64,000 bases of DNA from Candidatus Woesearchaeota archaeon (GTDB taxonomy: Archaea > Nanobdellota > Nanobdellia > Pacearchaeales > GW2011-AR1), in the NCBI GenBank assembly GCA_964651965.1, contig CAZYZS010000003.1:36625-100624 (forward strand). Reading direction: 5' to 3'. The notes below the pieces were generated by a model that saw only the letters and a list, made by a program, of their open reading frames with translations, was not told the origin of the DNA and searched no databases. Shown piece after piece: positions 36,048-44,141 of the stretch. Position numbers and translations under genes: made by a program. Numbering within the stretch: position 1 is the stretch's first letter; every line of letters begins with the position of its first letter.

Positions 36048-36794
36048 ATGGCAAGAGTTTATAGCCTTGTTTCTGGCAAAGGAGGCACAGGAAAAACAAG
36101 TTCTGCAATAAATCTAGCTGCCGCATTAAACTCGTTAGGAGAAGACGTTATCGTTGTGGATGCAAATATTTCCACCCCTAATATAGGGATTCATTTAGGA
36201 GCTCCAATTGTGCCTGTAACTCTCAACCATATTCTAAACAACAGAGCAGAAGTTACAGAAGCAATATACAAACACGAATCTGGACTTAAAATACTTCCCG
36301 CCTCGCTATCCACCCAGGATTTGGGCAAGATAAAGCACGAAAATCTCATACATACAGTAAAACAATTAAAAAAATTTTCCAAGTATATAATACTAGACTC
36401 TGCAGCTGGTTTGGGCAAAGAAACAGAAATGGCCATACTTGCTTCAGACGAGGCAATAATAGTGACGCAACCTGAAATGCCTGCTATAACTGATGCTCTG
36501 AAGGCAATCAAGCTATGCGAGCAGCTGGGAAAACCAGTAAAAGGCTTTATTTTAACGAGACACAGGTGGAAAAAATCAGAGATGCAAGTAGAAAACATTC
36601 TGGATATGCTTGAAATTCCAGTTGTTGGACTAATACCCGAAGATAAAAACATGCAAAAAGCTCTAATGCTTAAATCTCCAATAGTCAATTCCCATCCAAG
36701 AAGCAAGGCGAGCAAAGCCTATTTTGAAACAGCCAGGCGCCTTTTAGGAATTAAAGAAGAAAAAAGCTTCTTTAAAAAATTATTTGGAAGCTGA
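36048..36794 (+). CDS. minD: MinD/ParA-family ATPase (archaeal MinD-like)
   Basis: Deviant Walker A SGKGGTGKTS, DSAAGLG, VTQPEMPAITDA and a C-terminal amphipathic SFFKKLFGS tail. Confidence 0.8.
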   Translation: MARVYSLVSGKGGTGKTSSAINLAAALNSLGEDVIVVDANISTPNIGIHLGAPIVPVTLNHILNNRAEVTEAIYKHESGLKILPASLSTQDLGKIKHENLIHTVKQLKKFSKYIILDSAAGLGKETEMAILASDEAIIVTQPEMPAITDALKAIKLCEQLGKPVKGFILTRHRWKKSEMQVENILDMLEIPVVGLIPEDKNMQKALMLKSPIVNSHPRSKASKAYFETARRLLGIKEEKSFFKKLFGS

Positions 36795-36832
36795 AAATAA
36801 ACTTTTTAGTTTATTTCTTAATAAACCTAAGC

Positions 36833-36842
36833 TTAATATTTA
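36833..36842 (+). promoter_or_regulatory. Putative TATA-like element upstream of the sigma factor gene
   Basis: TTAATATTTA about 20 nt before ATG 36862, the same geometry as other genes in the window. Confidence 0.3.
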
Positions 36843-36861
36843 TTGACTGCAAAAGATATTC

Positions 36862-37650
36862 ATGTTAAAAGGAGGCGACACAGAAACAATCGAAGATCTC
36901 TGGAAAGCCTACCATCAAGGAAGAGCGCAAGGCGATGGGCAAGTTTATAAAAATCACTTAATAGAACGCTACCGAGATTTAGTAAAATACGCAGCAGAGC
37001 GACTTCATGAAAAACTTCCAGATAAAGTAGAATTAGACGATTTGATTTCTGCTGGGACTTTCGGTTTAATAAATGCTATAGAAGCCTACGATCCCGAACG
37101 AGGAGTTAAGTTTGAAACTTACTGCGCACCAAGAATTAAAGGCTCAATTTTAGATGAATTAAGAAGAATGGACTGGGCTCCAAGACTGATGAGAGCAAGA
37201 GCCCAGCAGCTGACAAAAGCAACTCACACCCTAGAAATGCGCCTTGGAAGAACGCCAAATGACGAAGAACTAGCAGAAGAGCTAAATATGGGCAGAGAAG
37301 AATATAAAAGGCTAAGAAGAGACGCAGATGCAGCAGCACTTTTCTCTTTAGAAAACCCGACCAGTTCAGATGAGTATGACGGAGAAAAAACTTATTTAGT
37401 AGATGAGCTTGATAATCAAAGAGCAGAAGATCCAGTTTTAGAAGTTCAAAAAAGAGACCTTCAAGAATTATTAACAAAAGGCCTGGCCCGCGCAGAACGA
37501 TTAATAATTGCTCTCTATTATTATGAAGAGATGACAATGGAAGAAATAGGCGCAGTCCTAGATTTAAGTCAATCACGAGTAAGCCAGCTGCATGCCTCAA
37601 TTATTGCAAGATTAAAAGTCAGAATAAGCCCAGGGCACTTGCAGCTATAA
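36862..37650 (+). CDS. fliA: RNA polymerase sigma factor, sigma-28 (FliA/WhiG) family, bacterial type
   Basis: Region 2 DDLISAGTFGLINAIEAYDPERGVKFETYCAPRIKGSILDELRRMDWAPR, region 3 LEMRLGRTPNDEELAEEL, and region 4 ERLIIALYYYEEMTMEEIGAVLDLSQSRVSQLHASIIARLK. Confidence 0.9.
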   Translation: MLKGGDTETIEDLWKAYHQGRAQGDGQVYKNHLIERYRDLVKYAAERLHEKLPDKVELDDLISAGTFGLINAIEAYDPERGVKFETYCAPRIKGSILDELRRMDWAPRLMRARAQQLTKATHTLEMRLGRTPNDEELAEELNMGREEYKRLRRDADAAALFSLENPTSSDEYDGEKTYLVDELDNQRAEDPVLEVQKRDLQELLTKGLARAERLIIALYYYEEMTMEEIGAVLDLSQSRVSQLHASIIARLKVRISPGHLQL

Positions 37651-37682
37651 TAAAAGAGATAAAATAAAAAAATTAAAGTTCC

Positions 37683-37961
37683 TCAACTAACCTTTCTAGA
37701 TAAATCGATAAACCCGATATACTTATACTCACTTCTAAGCCCCGAAACCTGCCCCCTAGTCTCATAAACCGCTCTATCGAGTTGTATCCTTTTTGCCTCT
37801 CCAATATAAACTCTCCTTACCCCCTTTTCTAAACCATCAAGCCCTGCCCTTAATTTCCTTGCGGCATGCCTGGGATCTTTTGCAGAAAAGCTAACTATTC
37901 CCCAAGAAGTTAAAGTGTCGCTATTATTAAAGATATCACATCTTACAAAGTAAGTTGTCAT
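37683..37961 (-). CDS. Hypothetical protein (orphan, Arg-rich, G+C-richer)
   Basis: 92-aa ORF convergent with the sigma gene; no motif. Confidence 0.45.
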   Translation of the reverse strand: MTTYFVRCDIFNNSDTLTSWGIVSFSAKDPRHAARKLRAGLDGLEKGVRRVYIGEAKRIQLDRAVYETRGQVSGLRSEYKYIGFIDLSRKVS

Positions 37962-38028
37962 AAAAATAATATATCAAAAAATCCATTATAAATTTTATGG
38001 TGATCAAGGACACATTAAAAAATATAAA

Positions 38029-38115
38029 TGGGCCTGCAAGGAATTGAACCTTGTACCTTCTCGATTTTCAGTGTGCACTCGTGAACGAGACGTTCTGCCG
38101 ATGAACCACAAGCCC
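38029..38115 (-). tRNA. tRNA-Val(CAC) with ~15-nt intron
   Basis: Hand-folded from the reverse complement: acceptor GGGCTTG/CAGGCCC, D arm GTTC..GAAC, anticodon stem TCTCG/CGAGA, loop TTCACG.., T arm CAAGG-TTCAATT-CCTTG, discriminator A. Confidence 0.75.
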
Positions 38116-38173
38116 GTAAACAAATATAAACTAAAGAAAAAGAGTTTTTATAGTTTTATATCTTTATTATCCA

Positions 38174-40066
38174 TCAGCTTATCTTACTTCCATTAGGCAC
38201 ATCTTTTTCTGGTGAGATAAGAACGCATAAATCTTTTTCATCAGAGCCTGCTGCTAAAAGCATTCCCTGACTTGTTATTCCCCTCATCACTCTTGGTGCA
38301 AGGTTTGCAAATAATACTATTTTCTTTCCTTTTAGCTCTTCTTTCTTGTAATATTTTTTAATTCCAGCACAAATAACTCTCTTCCCTAATTCTCCAACAT
38401 CGATTGATAATTTATACAGTTTATCTGCTCCCCCAATATCTTCCACTTTTTCTATCTGAGCAACTCTTAAATCCAATTTCTGCCATTCTTCAAACTTAAC
38501 TTCACTCATTTTCATTACTCCTTCAATTTTATTCTGTTTAGTTTCTTTTTTCTCTTCTTTCTTTTCTTTCTTTTTTGTTTTATTTTCTTGTTTTTCTTCT
38601 TTTTCGGTCTCTATTTTAATGAACAATATCTCAGATTTCTTAATTGCCTGCACTTTATAAGGCTTTTTAATTTCCTTATAATCTATTTTAAAATTTAAAG
38701 AAGAGGCAATTTTCTCGGAAGTTTCAGGCATAAAAGGCCACAACAAAATTGCAATTGCCTTAATGCTATCAGCTAATTCATAAAGCACTTTCTGATCTCC
38801 TGTCTCCCACGGCTTTTTCTCCTGAACATATAAATTACATGTATCAATAAATTCAAAAATTAAATTCAATGCCTTGTCTAACTCATAATTATTGACAAAT
38901 TTCTCAATTTCTTTAAGCTTTAATTTTTTAAGAAGCTTGTTTTCACATTTTTGTATACCATTTTTCTCAGCCAGAGCTGTTACTCTAGAAACTAAGTTGC
39001 CCAGCTTATCTGCCAACTCACTATTATGTTTTTCTACTAACACTTTTTCAGAAAAGTCCCCATCGTCTCCAAATGGGACTGAGCGCATTAGAGTGTACCT
39101 TATGGAGTCTGCATCATATTTTTTCCTGAGATCTAAAGGATTAATTACATTACCTAGCGATTTAGACATCTTCTGGCCATTAACAGTTAAAAAGCCGTGC
39201 ACAATTACTTCTTTTGGCAGAGACAAGCCAGCACTCAACAACATTCCAGGCCAAATCCCTGTATGAAACCTTAGCATGTCTTTTCCAACTACATGTATAT
39301 CAGCAGGCCAGTACTTTTTATATTTTTTATCGGGAAATCCTATGCCTGTAATATAGTTCGTAAGTGCGTCCGGCCAGACATACATGACCTGGCTATTATC
39401 TCCAGGGACAGGGATTCCCCAAGGAAGATGCTCTTTATCCCTCGAAAAGCTTACATCAGTTAATCCATCTTTAATCAAAGAAAGAAAGTCATTTTTCCAT
39501 TTTTCAGGAGATATTTTCAGCTTATCCTTTTTAATTAACTCTATTATCTTATTTGAATATTTGGACAATTTAAAAAAATAATTAGTTTCAGAAATTAATT
39601 CTGGAGCTAAATTTGGATGATTTGGACACTTTCCACCAATTAGGTCTTTTTCAGTAACAAATCTCTCACAACCATAACAGTAATACCCTTCGTAGGATTT
39701 TTTGTATATATCGCCTTTTTTCTCTAATTTTTTCCAAAGTTCAAAAACTCCCGGCCAATGGGCATTTTTATCTGTAGTCCTAATAAAATAATTATTAGAT
39801 ATATCGAGCGCTTTTGTTAGCTCTCTAAAATAATCGGAATTCTTATCAACAAATTGTTGTGGAGTAAGGTTTTCTTCTTTTGCCATCTTATAATTTTTTA
39901 CCCCATGCTCATCTGTCCCTGTTAAAAAGAAAACATCTTCTCCTAGAAGGGAGTGCCATCTAGCTAAAACATCTGCCTCAACAATCTCCAAAGCAAAACC
40001 TATATGTGGAGGCGCATTTGCATACGGGATTGTTGTTGTTACATAAAATTTTTTCTTGGTTGCCAT
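38174..40066 (-). CDS. metG: Methionyl-tRNA synthetase with C-terminal EMAP/Trbp111-like tRNA-binding domain
   Basis: TTTIPYANAPPHIGF (HIGH-type), KMSKSLGN, CxxC knuckles (CYGCE, CPNH), a K/E-rich linker, and the C-terminus LDLRVAQIEKVE...KLYKLSIDVG. Confidence 0.9.
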   Translation of the reverse strand: MATKKKFYVTTTIPYANAPPHIGFALEIVEADVLARWHSLLGEDVFFLTGTDEHGVKNYKMAKEENLTPQQFVDKNSDYFRELTKALDISNNYFIRTTDKNAHWPGVFELWKKLEKKGDIYKKSYEGYYCYGCERFVTEKDLIGGKCPNHPNLAPELISETNYFFKLSKYSNKIIELIKKDKLKISPEKWKNDFLSLIKDGLTDVSFSRDKEHLPWGIPVPGDNSQVMYVWPDALTNYITGIGFPDKKYKKYWPADIHVVGKDMLRFHTGIWPGMLLSAGLSLPKEVIVHGFLTVNGQKMSKSLGNVINPLDLRKKYDADSIRYTLMRSVPFGDDGDFSEKVLVEKHNSELADKLGNLVSRVTALAEKNGIQKCENKLLKKLKLKEIEKFVNNYELDKALNLIFEFIDTCNLYVQEKKPWETGDQKVLYELADSIKAIAILLWPFMPETSEKIASSLNFKIDYKEIKKPYKVQAIKKSEILFIKIETEKEEKQENKTKKKEKKEEKKETKQNKIEGVMKMSEVKFEEWQKLDLRVAQIEKVEDIGGADKLYKLSIDVGELGKRVICAGIKKYYKKEELKGKKIVLFANLAPRVMRGITSQGMLLAAGSDEKDLCVLISPEKDVPNGSKIS

Positions 40067-40118
40067 GTAAAGTCAAGAAAAAAAGAATATTTAAACCTTG
40101 TTTTATTGTAATTTTTAC

Positions 40119-40200
40119 GCGCTAGTCGTCCAGTGGCAAGACGCGAGCTTCCCATATTAGGAAAAAGCTCGTAACCCGGGTTCGAGCCCCGGCTGGCGCA
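40119..40200 (+). tRNA. tRNA-Gly(CCC) with ~11-nt intron
   Basis: Acceptor GCGCTAG/CTGGCGC, anticodon stem CGAGC/GCTCG, loop TTCCCA.., T arm CCGGG-TTCGAGC-CCCGG, discriminator A. Coordinates are anchored on ORF-track positions 40066, 40122 and 40238. Confidence 0.8.
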
Positions 40201-40307
40201 TCTTGTTCGGGTCTTGTTTCTGTAAAATAGGAACAAGATGCGACATGGGCGCATAGGCTCATCGCATTTTTCAAATACCTTTTTAAACAACAAAACACTA
40301 TATTCCC

Positions 40308-41021
40308 ATGCAAAAAGAGGAAATAAAAAAACTTATCTGGATAGGAATCTTTGCTATAGCAATGGCTTTCGTAGAGACCATGATTGTCTATTATCTAAGA
40401 AAGTTATATTATCCAGATAATGTCCTTTTTCCTCTTAACACTTCAATGCCAACCAGTATACTTGTTCTTGAATGGATAAGAGAAGCCTCAACAATAATAA
40501 TGTTAGTAGCAATAGCAGCATTATGTGGAAAAAGATTCAAGGAAAAACTAGCATATTTCTTCTATGCCTTTGCCGTCTGGGATATTTTTTACTATATCTG
40601 GCTGAAAGTAACCCTAAACTGGCCCTCTTCTCTTATGACCTGGGATGTTTTATTCCTTATACCTGTAACCTGGGCTTCTCCTGTCATTTGCCCCATTATA
40701 GTATCTGCATCCATGATTCTTTATGCCCTTGCAATTCTACGTTCAGATAAAAATAAGTTTACAAAAAAACAAATATGGATGTTAGCAATAGGAGGAATTT
40801 TGATTTATGCCTCTTTTGTCTGGAACTATTCAGATCTTTTGTTAAAAAAAGCCTATGTTCTGAAATTTTCTGAGATTGCAATTGAAGAAGATATAATGAA
40901 TTTAGCCTTGACTCTTACTTCTTCTTACATCCCAGATTATTTTAACTGGCCTTTGTTTATATTGGGAATAATTCTTGCTTTAGGCTCTTTATACTTCTTC
41001 TATAAAGGCAGTAAAAAGTAA
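40308..41021 (+). CDS. Hypothetical integral membrane protein
   Basis: 237 aa with about 7 hydrophobic segments. Confidence 0.55.
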   Translation: MQKEEIKKLIWIGIFAIAMAFVETMIVYYLRKLYYPDNVLFPLNTSMPTSILVLEWIREASTIIMLVAIAALCGKRFKEKLAYFFYAFAVWDIFYYIWLKVTLNWPSSLMTWDVLFLIPVTWASPVICPIIVSASMILYALAILRSDKNKFTKKQIWMLAIGGILIYASFVWNYSDLLLKKAYVLKFSEIAIEEDIMNLALTLTSSYIPDYFNWPLFILGIILALGSLYFFYKGSKK

Positions 41022-41053
41022 AAACTTAAATATCTTCTTTTATAATAACTTCT

Positions 41054-42646
41054 ATGGAATTAAAAGAAATTAAATCTTTTATAAAAGAAAAAGAAAAACA
41101 GATCTCTGTTCTATATAAAAATCTTAATTCCTCTTACTGGATAGCCTCTATTTCAGGAAAAAAAGAAGATTACGATGAATATGGAAAAAACGAACTCGCT
41201 TTACAGAAGTTTTTCAATAATAAAGAAGACTTTGAAAAAATTAAGCAAATGAAACAAGAGGATATAGAAGATAAAATTACAGCTAGGGAGCTAAAACTCT
41301 TCTATTATGCCTATCTTTCTTACCAAGGAGATTACAAATTAATGGAAGAAATCACAAAGAAGGTCACTGCAACAGAACAAAAGTTCAATACCTTCAGAGC
41401 AAAAATAGGCAACAAGGAATATACAGAAAATGAAATTAAAGCGATATTAAAAGATGGTAAAAATAACAAAGAAGCAAAAAAAGCCTGGGAAGCAATAAAA
41501 GTACAAGGAGCTATTGTTGAAAAGGAGGTTTTAGAAATAGTAAAACTGAGAAACAAGCTAGCTAGAAGCCTGGGATTCAGAGATTACTATGAATTTGCTC
41601 TGGAAGTCGGAGAGCAAAAAGAAAAAGAGATAGAAGAAATAATGGATCATCTGGATAAATTAACAGAACAACCATTCAAAAAGCTTAAGGAAGAAATGGA
41701 CTCCTTTCTATCCAAAAGATACAAGATTAAAAAAGAAGAACTAGGACCATGGAATTATGGAGACCCTTTTTTCCAGGAGGGGCCTGAAATCTACGAAGTC
41801 GACTTAGACAGTTACTATAGCGAAGATATTGTAGAGAAAGCAAAGGCATATTACAAAAGCATAGGATTAAATGTAGAAGGCATCTTAAGCAGAAGCGATT
41901 TATACGAAAAACCTGGAAAAAATCAGCATGCCTATTGCACTGACATAGATCGGCAAGGAGACGTAAGAACTCTCCAAAATCTAAAAAATTCAGAAAGATG
42001 GATGGAAACTCTCCTTCATGAATTGGGGCATGGACTATACAGCGAAAATCACGACAAAAAATTACCATTTATCTTAAGAGATTCTGCCCATCTGTTTACA
42101 ACAGAAGCAATTGCAATGCTCTTTGGAAGAATGTCTAGAAACTCAGAATTTTTAAGGAACTATTGCAAAGTTAGTGAAAAAGAAGCAGAGCAGATTAAAG
42201 AAGATACTAGGAAATTGTTAAGGTTAAAAGAACTGCTTTGCTCAAGATGGATTCAGGTGATGTTTAGATTTGAACAACAGTTATACAGAAATCCAGAACA
42301 AGACTTAAGAAAATTATGGTGGGATTTAGTTAAAAAGTATCAGTTAATAGACTTTTCAAGAGATGCTCCAGACTGGGCATCTAAGTATCATATTGTTTCA
42401 GCTCCAGTATATTATCATAACTATCTTTTAGGAGAGCTCCTAGCATCTCAAATTCATAATTATATCGCGAAAAATTTCACAAAAGACCCAGATTCAGATT
42501 ACACAGGACATAAAGAAGTTGGAGAATATCTAATTGAAAATATCTTCGCTCCAGGAACAAGATACCGCTGGGATGAAATGATAAAAAGAGCCTTAAAAGA
42601 ACCATTAAATCCAAAATATTTTGCAGAAGAGTTTACAAAAGAGTGA
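41054..42646 (+). CDS. Zinc metallopeptidase, gluzincin (M3/M2-like oligopeptidase)
   Basis: HExxH in WMETLLHELGHGLYS, large all-helical protein. I cannot decide the subfamily (M3 versus M2) by eye. Confidence 0.6.
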   Translation: MELKEIKSFIKEKEKQISVLYKNLNSSYWIASISGKKEDYDEYGKNELALQKFFNNKEDFEKIKQMKQEDIEDKITARELKLFYYAYLSYQGDYKLMEEITKKVTATEQKFNTFRAKIGNKEYTENEIKAILKDGKNNKEAKKAWEAIKVQGAIVEKEVLEIVKLRNKLARSLGFRDYYEFALEVGEQKEKEIEEIMDHLDKLTEQPFKKLKEEMDSFLSKRYKIKKEELGPWNYGDPFFQEGPEIYEVDLDSYYSEDIVEKAKAYYKSIGLNVEGILSRSDLYEKPGKNQHAYCTDIDRQGDVRTLQNLKNSERWMETLLHELGHGLYSENHDKKLPFILRDSAHLFTTEAIAMLFGRMSRNSEFLRNYCKVSEKEAEQIKEDTRKLLRLKELLCSRWIQVMFRFEQQLYRNPEQDLRKLWWDLVKKYQLIDFSRDAPDWASKYHIVSAPVYYHNYLLGELLASQIHNYIAKNFTKDPDSDYTGHKEVGEYLIENIFAPGTRYRWDEMIKRALKEPLNPKYFAEEFTKE

Positions 42647-42743
42647 ATAAAAAATTTGTAGGGCATTAATCCTTAGGATTAAGTAATCGTGGGGGCATGT
42701 TACCTAAAATCGAATTTTTCTCCTCAAACCAAAACATTTAAAT

Positions 42744-42763
42744 AGTATTACTCCGGTAATACT
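42744..42763 (+). promoter_or_regulatory. Perfect palindrome AGTATTAC-TCCG-GTAATACT, candidate operator of the RHH/PIN operon
   Basis: 8-bp arms separated by 4 nt. It lies between a TTTAAATA element and ATG 42766. Confidence 0.45.
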
Positions 42764-42765
42764 TT

Positions 42766-42975
42766 ATGGAAAATCAATCTGATATGGAATGCGTTCCTGC
42801 AAAATTAACTAAACGGATAGTTAATGAAATGGAAGGCCTCATTAAAGAAGGATGGTATGCAAATAAATCAGAACTTATTCGAGATGCTGTCCGCGATTTA
42901 ATTAAAAAACAAAAAGTTGCTCAATTGGAATCTGCGATAAAAAGCGATATTCAATGGGGGCTTTATGGCAAATAA
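42766..42975 (+). CDS. Ribbon-helix-helix (CopG-like) antitoxin
   Basis: VPAKLTKRIVNEMEGLIKEG.YANKSELIRDAVRDLI is an RHH pattern. Its stop overlaps the start of the next gene. Confidence 0.6.
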   Translation: MENQSDMECVPAKLTKRIVNEMEGLIKEGWYANKSELIRDAVRDLIKKQKVAQLESAIKSDIQWGLYGK

Positions 42976-43459
42976 GGCAGTTTCTAATACCGGACCAATA
43001 ATTCATCTAACTGAAATTAATCTACTCGAAGCTTTTAATGTTTTTTCTCAAACACTAATCCCAGAAGAAGTCGAAAAAGAGCTGGGTATTAGCAAGACAG
43101 CTATCCCAAAGAAAATAAAAGTCTTAAAAATATTGCCTGAATTCAAAGATAGAATCAAGATATTATCTAATCAAGAAAATATTGATTTAGGAGAAGCATT
43201 TGCAATTGTCCTGACAATGCAAGAAAAAGCAGATTATTTTTTGGCAGATGATTTAGATGCAAGAAGCGTTGCTATAAAATATAATATTGAAGTTCACGGA
43301 ACAGTTGGAATTATATTAAGGGCATTTAGAGAAAAAATAATAGACAAAAAAACAGCTATTGAAAAAATAAACGAACTCTATCATAAATCCTCTTTGTTTA
43401 TAACAAAGGACTTAGTTAATGAAGTTATAAATTCCATAGAGTTATTTGCAAGAGAATAG
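42965..43459 (+). CDS. PIN-like nuclease domain protein (DUF3368 type), putative toxin
   Basis: VSNTGPIIHL, LGEAFAIVLTMQEKADYFLADDLDARSVA and GTVGIIL fit the DUF3368/PIN pattern. Confidence 0.6.
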   Translation: MANKAVSNTGPIIHLTEINLLEAFNVFSQTLIPEEVEKELGISKTAIPKKIKVLKILPEFKDRIKILSNQENIDLGEAFAIVLTMQEKADYFLADDLDARSVAIKYNIEVHGTVGIILRAFREKIIDKKTAIEKINELYHKSSLFITKDLVNEVINSIELFARE

Positions 43460-43510
43460 ATATTTATTATTACCCCTATTCATTTAAACTCTTGATTTAT
43501 TGTCTTTTAA

Positions 43511-44008
43511 ATGAAAGAAGAAGCTCTCACAAAAAAAGTTTCTGAATTTTTAATTGCTAACAACACTAGAATACTGAACGGCAGAGTGCATATTCAGGGC
43601 AGGGTTATCGAAACTGAAACTATAAAAGTTTCTGCTTTGAGTCCTCTCTTTTTCGAGCCTCCTCTTCAAACTGCCCAGAATATTAATCTAGAGTATTTAA
43701 AACAGCTTTTAGAATATTTAGAAGGTTACAGACCGATTTCTCGTAGAGGTTTAATCTTTTATCCTTCAGGAGACTTTAGTTTGTATAAAGGCGAAGGAAG
43801 ATTAAGCTTAACAATGCAAGGAGACGGTAATTGGGCACAAGGAGAAACTATTGATGTTATCGATCTCTCTGTTATTGATAATAGAGAGTTTGATGAAGTT
43901 GTTGAGATAATAAAGCAAAAAAGAGTTTCATCATTTGTATTCGGGGAATTAACTGACAGAAAAGACAATAGAAGATATAGCATACTACGAAGATATTTCC
44001 AAGAGTAA
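43511..44008 (+). CDS. Hypothetical protein
   Basis: 165-aa ORF; no motif. Confidence 0.45.
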   Translation: MKEEALTKKVSEFLIANNTRILNGRVHIQGRVIETETIKVSALSPLFFEPPLQTAQNINLEYLKQLLEYLEGYRPISRRGLIFYPSGDFSLYKGEGRLSLTMQGDGNWAQGETIDVIDLSVIDNREFDEVVEIIKQKRVSSFVFGELTDRKDNRRYSILRRYFQE

Positions 44009-44111
44009 CTATCCAACTCCGCCTATTATCAATATTGCATATTTTAAAATGAACAGTTTGCAAAAGATTAAAAATTAATTACTTAGATCTAATGACATTT
44101 CTTCGGAGAAC

Positions 44112-44119
44112 TTTTTAAA
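44112..44119 (+). promoter_or_regulatory. Putative TATA box for the pur operon
   Basis: TTTTTAAA about 23 nt before ATG 44142. Confidence 0.4.
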
Positions 44120-44141
44120 CTCCATTTCTATTGTTATTTTA

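Noticed and set aside
36191-36715. 174-aa ORF antisense to minD
   Set aside because: It lies entirely inside a gene with clear Walker motifs on the other strand. It has no motifs and is a typical antisense frame.
36795-36861. Candidate att-like repeat of the tRNA-Val 3' end near the start of the sigma gene
   Set aside because: Only CTGCAA (6 nt) is shared with the tRNA 3' region, which is indistinguishable from chance.
37136-37600. 154-aa Leu-rich ORF antisense to the sigma factor gene
   Set aside because: It is a shadow ORF of a Glu/Lys/Arg-rich gene. It has low-complexity L-rich composition and no start context, and the sense strand has a full, motif-rich sigma protein.
38029-38115. Alternative reading of this tRNA as tRNA-Phe(GAA) using the CTGAAAA segment
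   Set aside because: It would leave an 8-nt loop or unpaired stem and a non-standard intron placement. The Val(CAC) fold gives a clean 5-bp anticodon stem with an intron at or next to 37/38.
40039-40313. Two minus-strand ORFs (84 and 63 aa) and plus-strand ORF 40238-40420
   Set aside because: The minus-strand ORFs run through tRNA-Gly and the metG/membrane-protein intergenic region. The plus-strand ORF overlaps the better-supported membrane protein starting at 40308. None has motifs.
42666-42682. Hairpin TTAATCC-TTA-GGATTAA after the peptidase gene as an intrinsic terminator
   Set aside because: No T-run follows it, and archaeal termination does not require hairpins. It is probably incidental.
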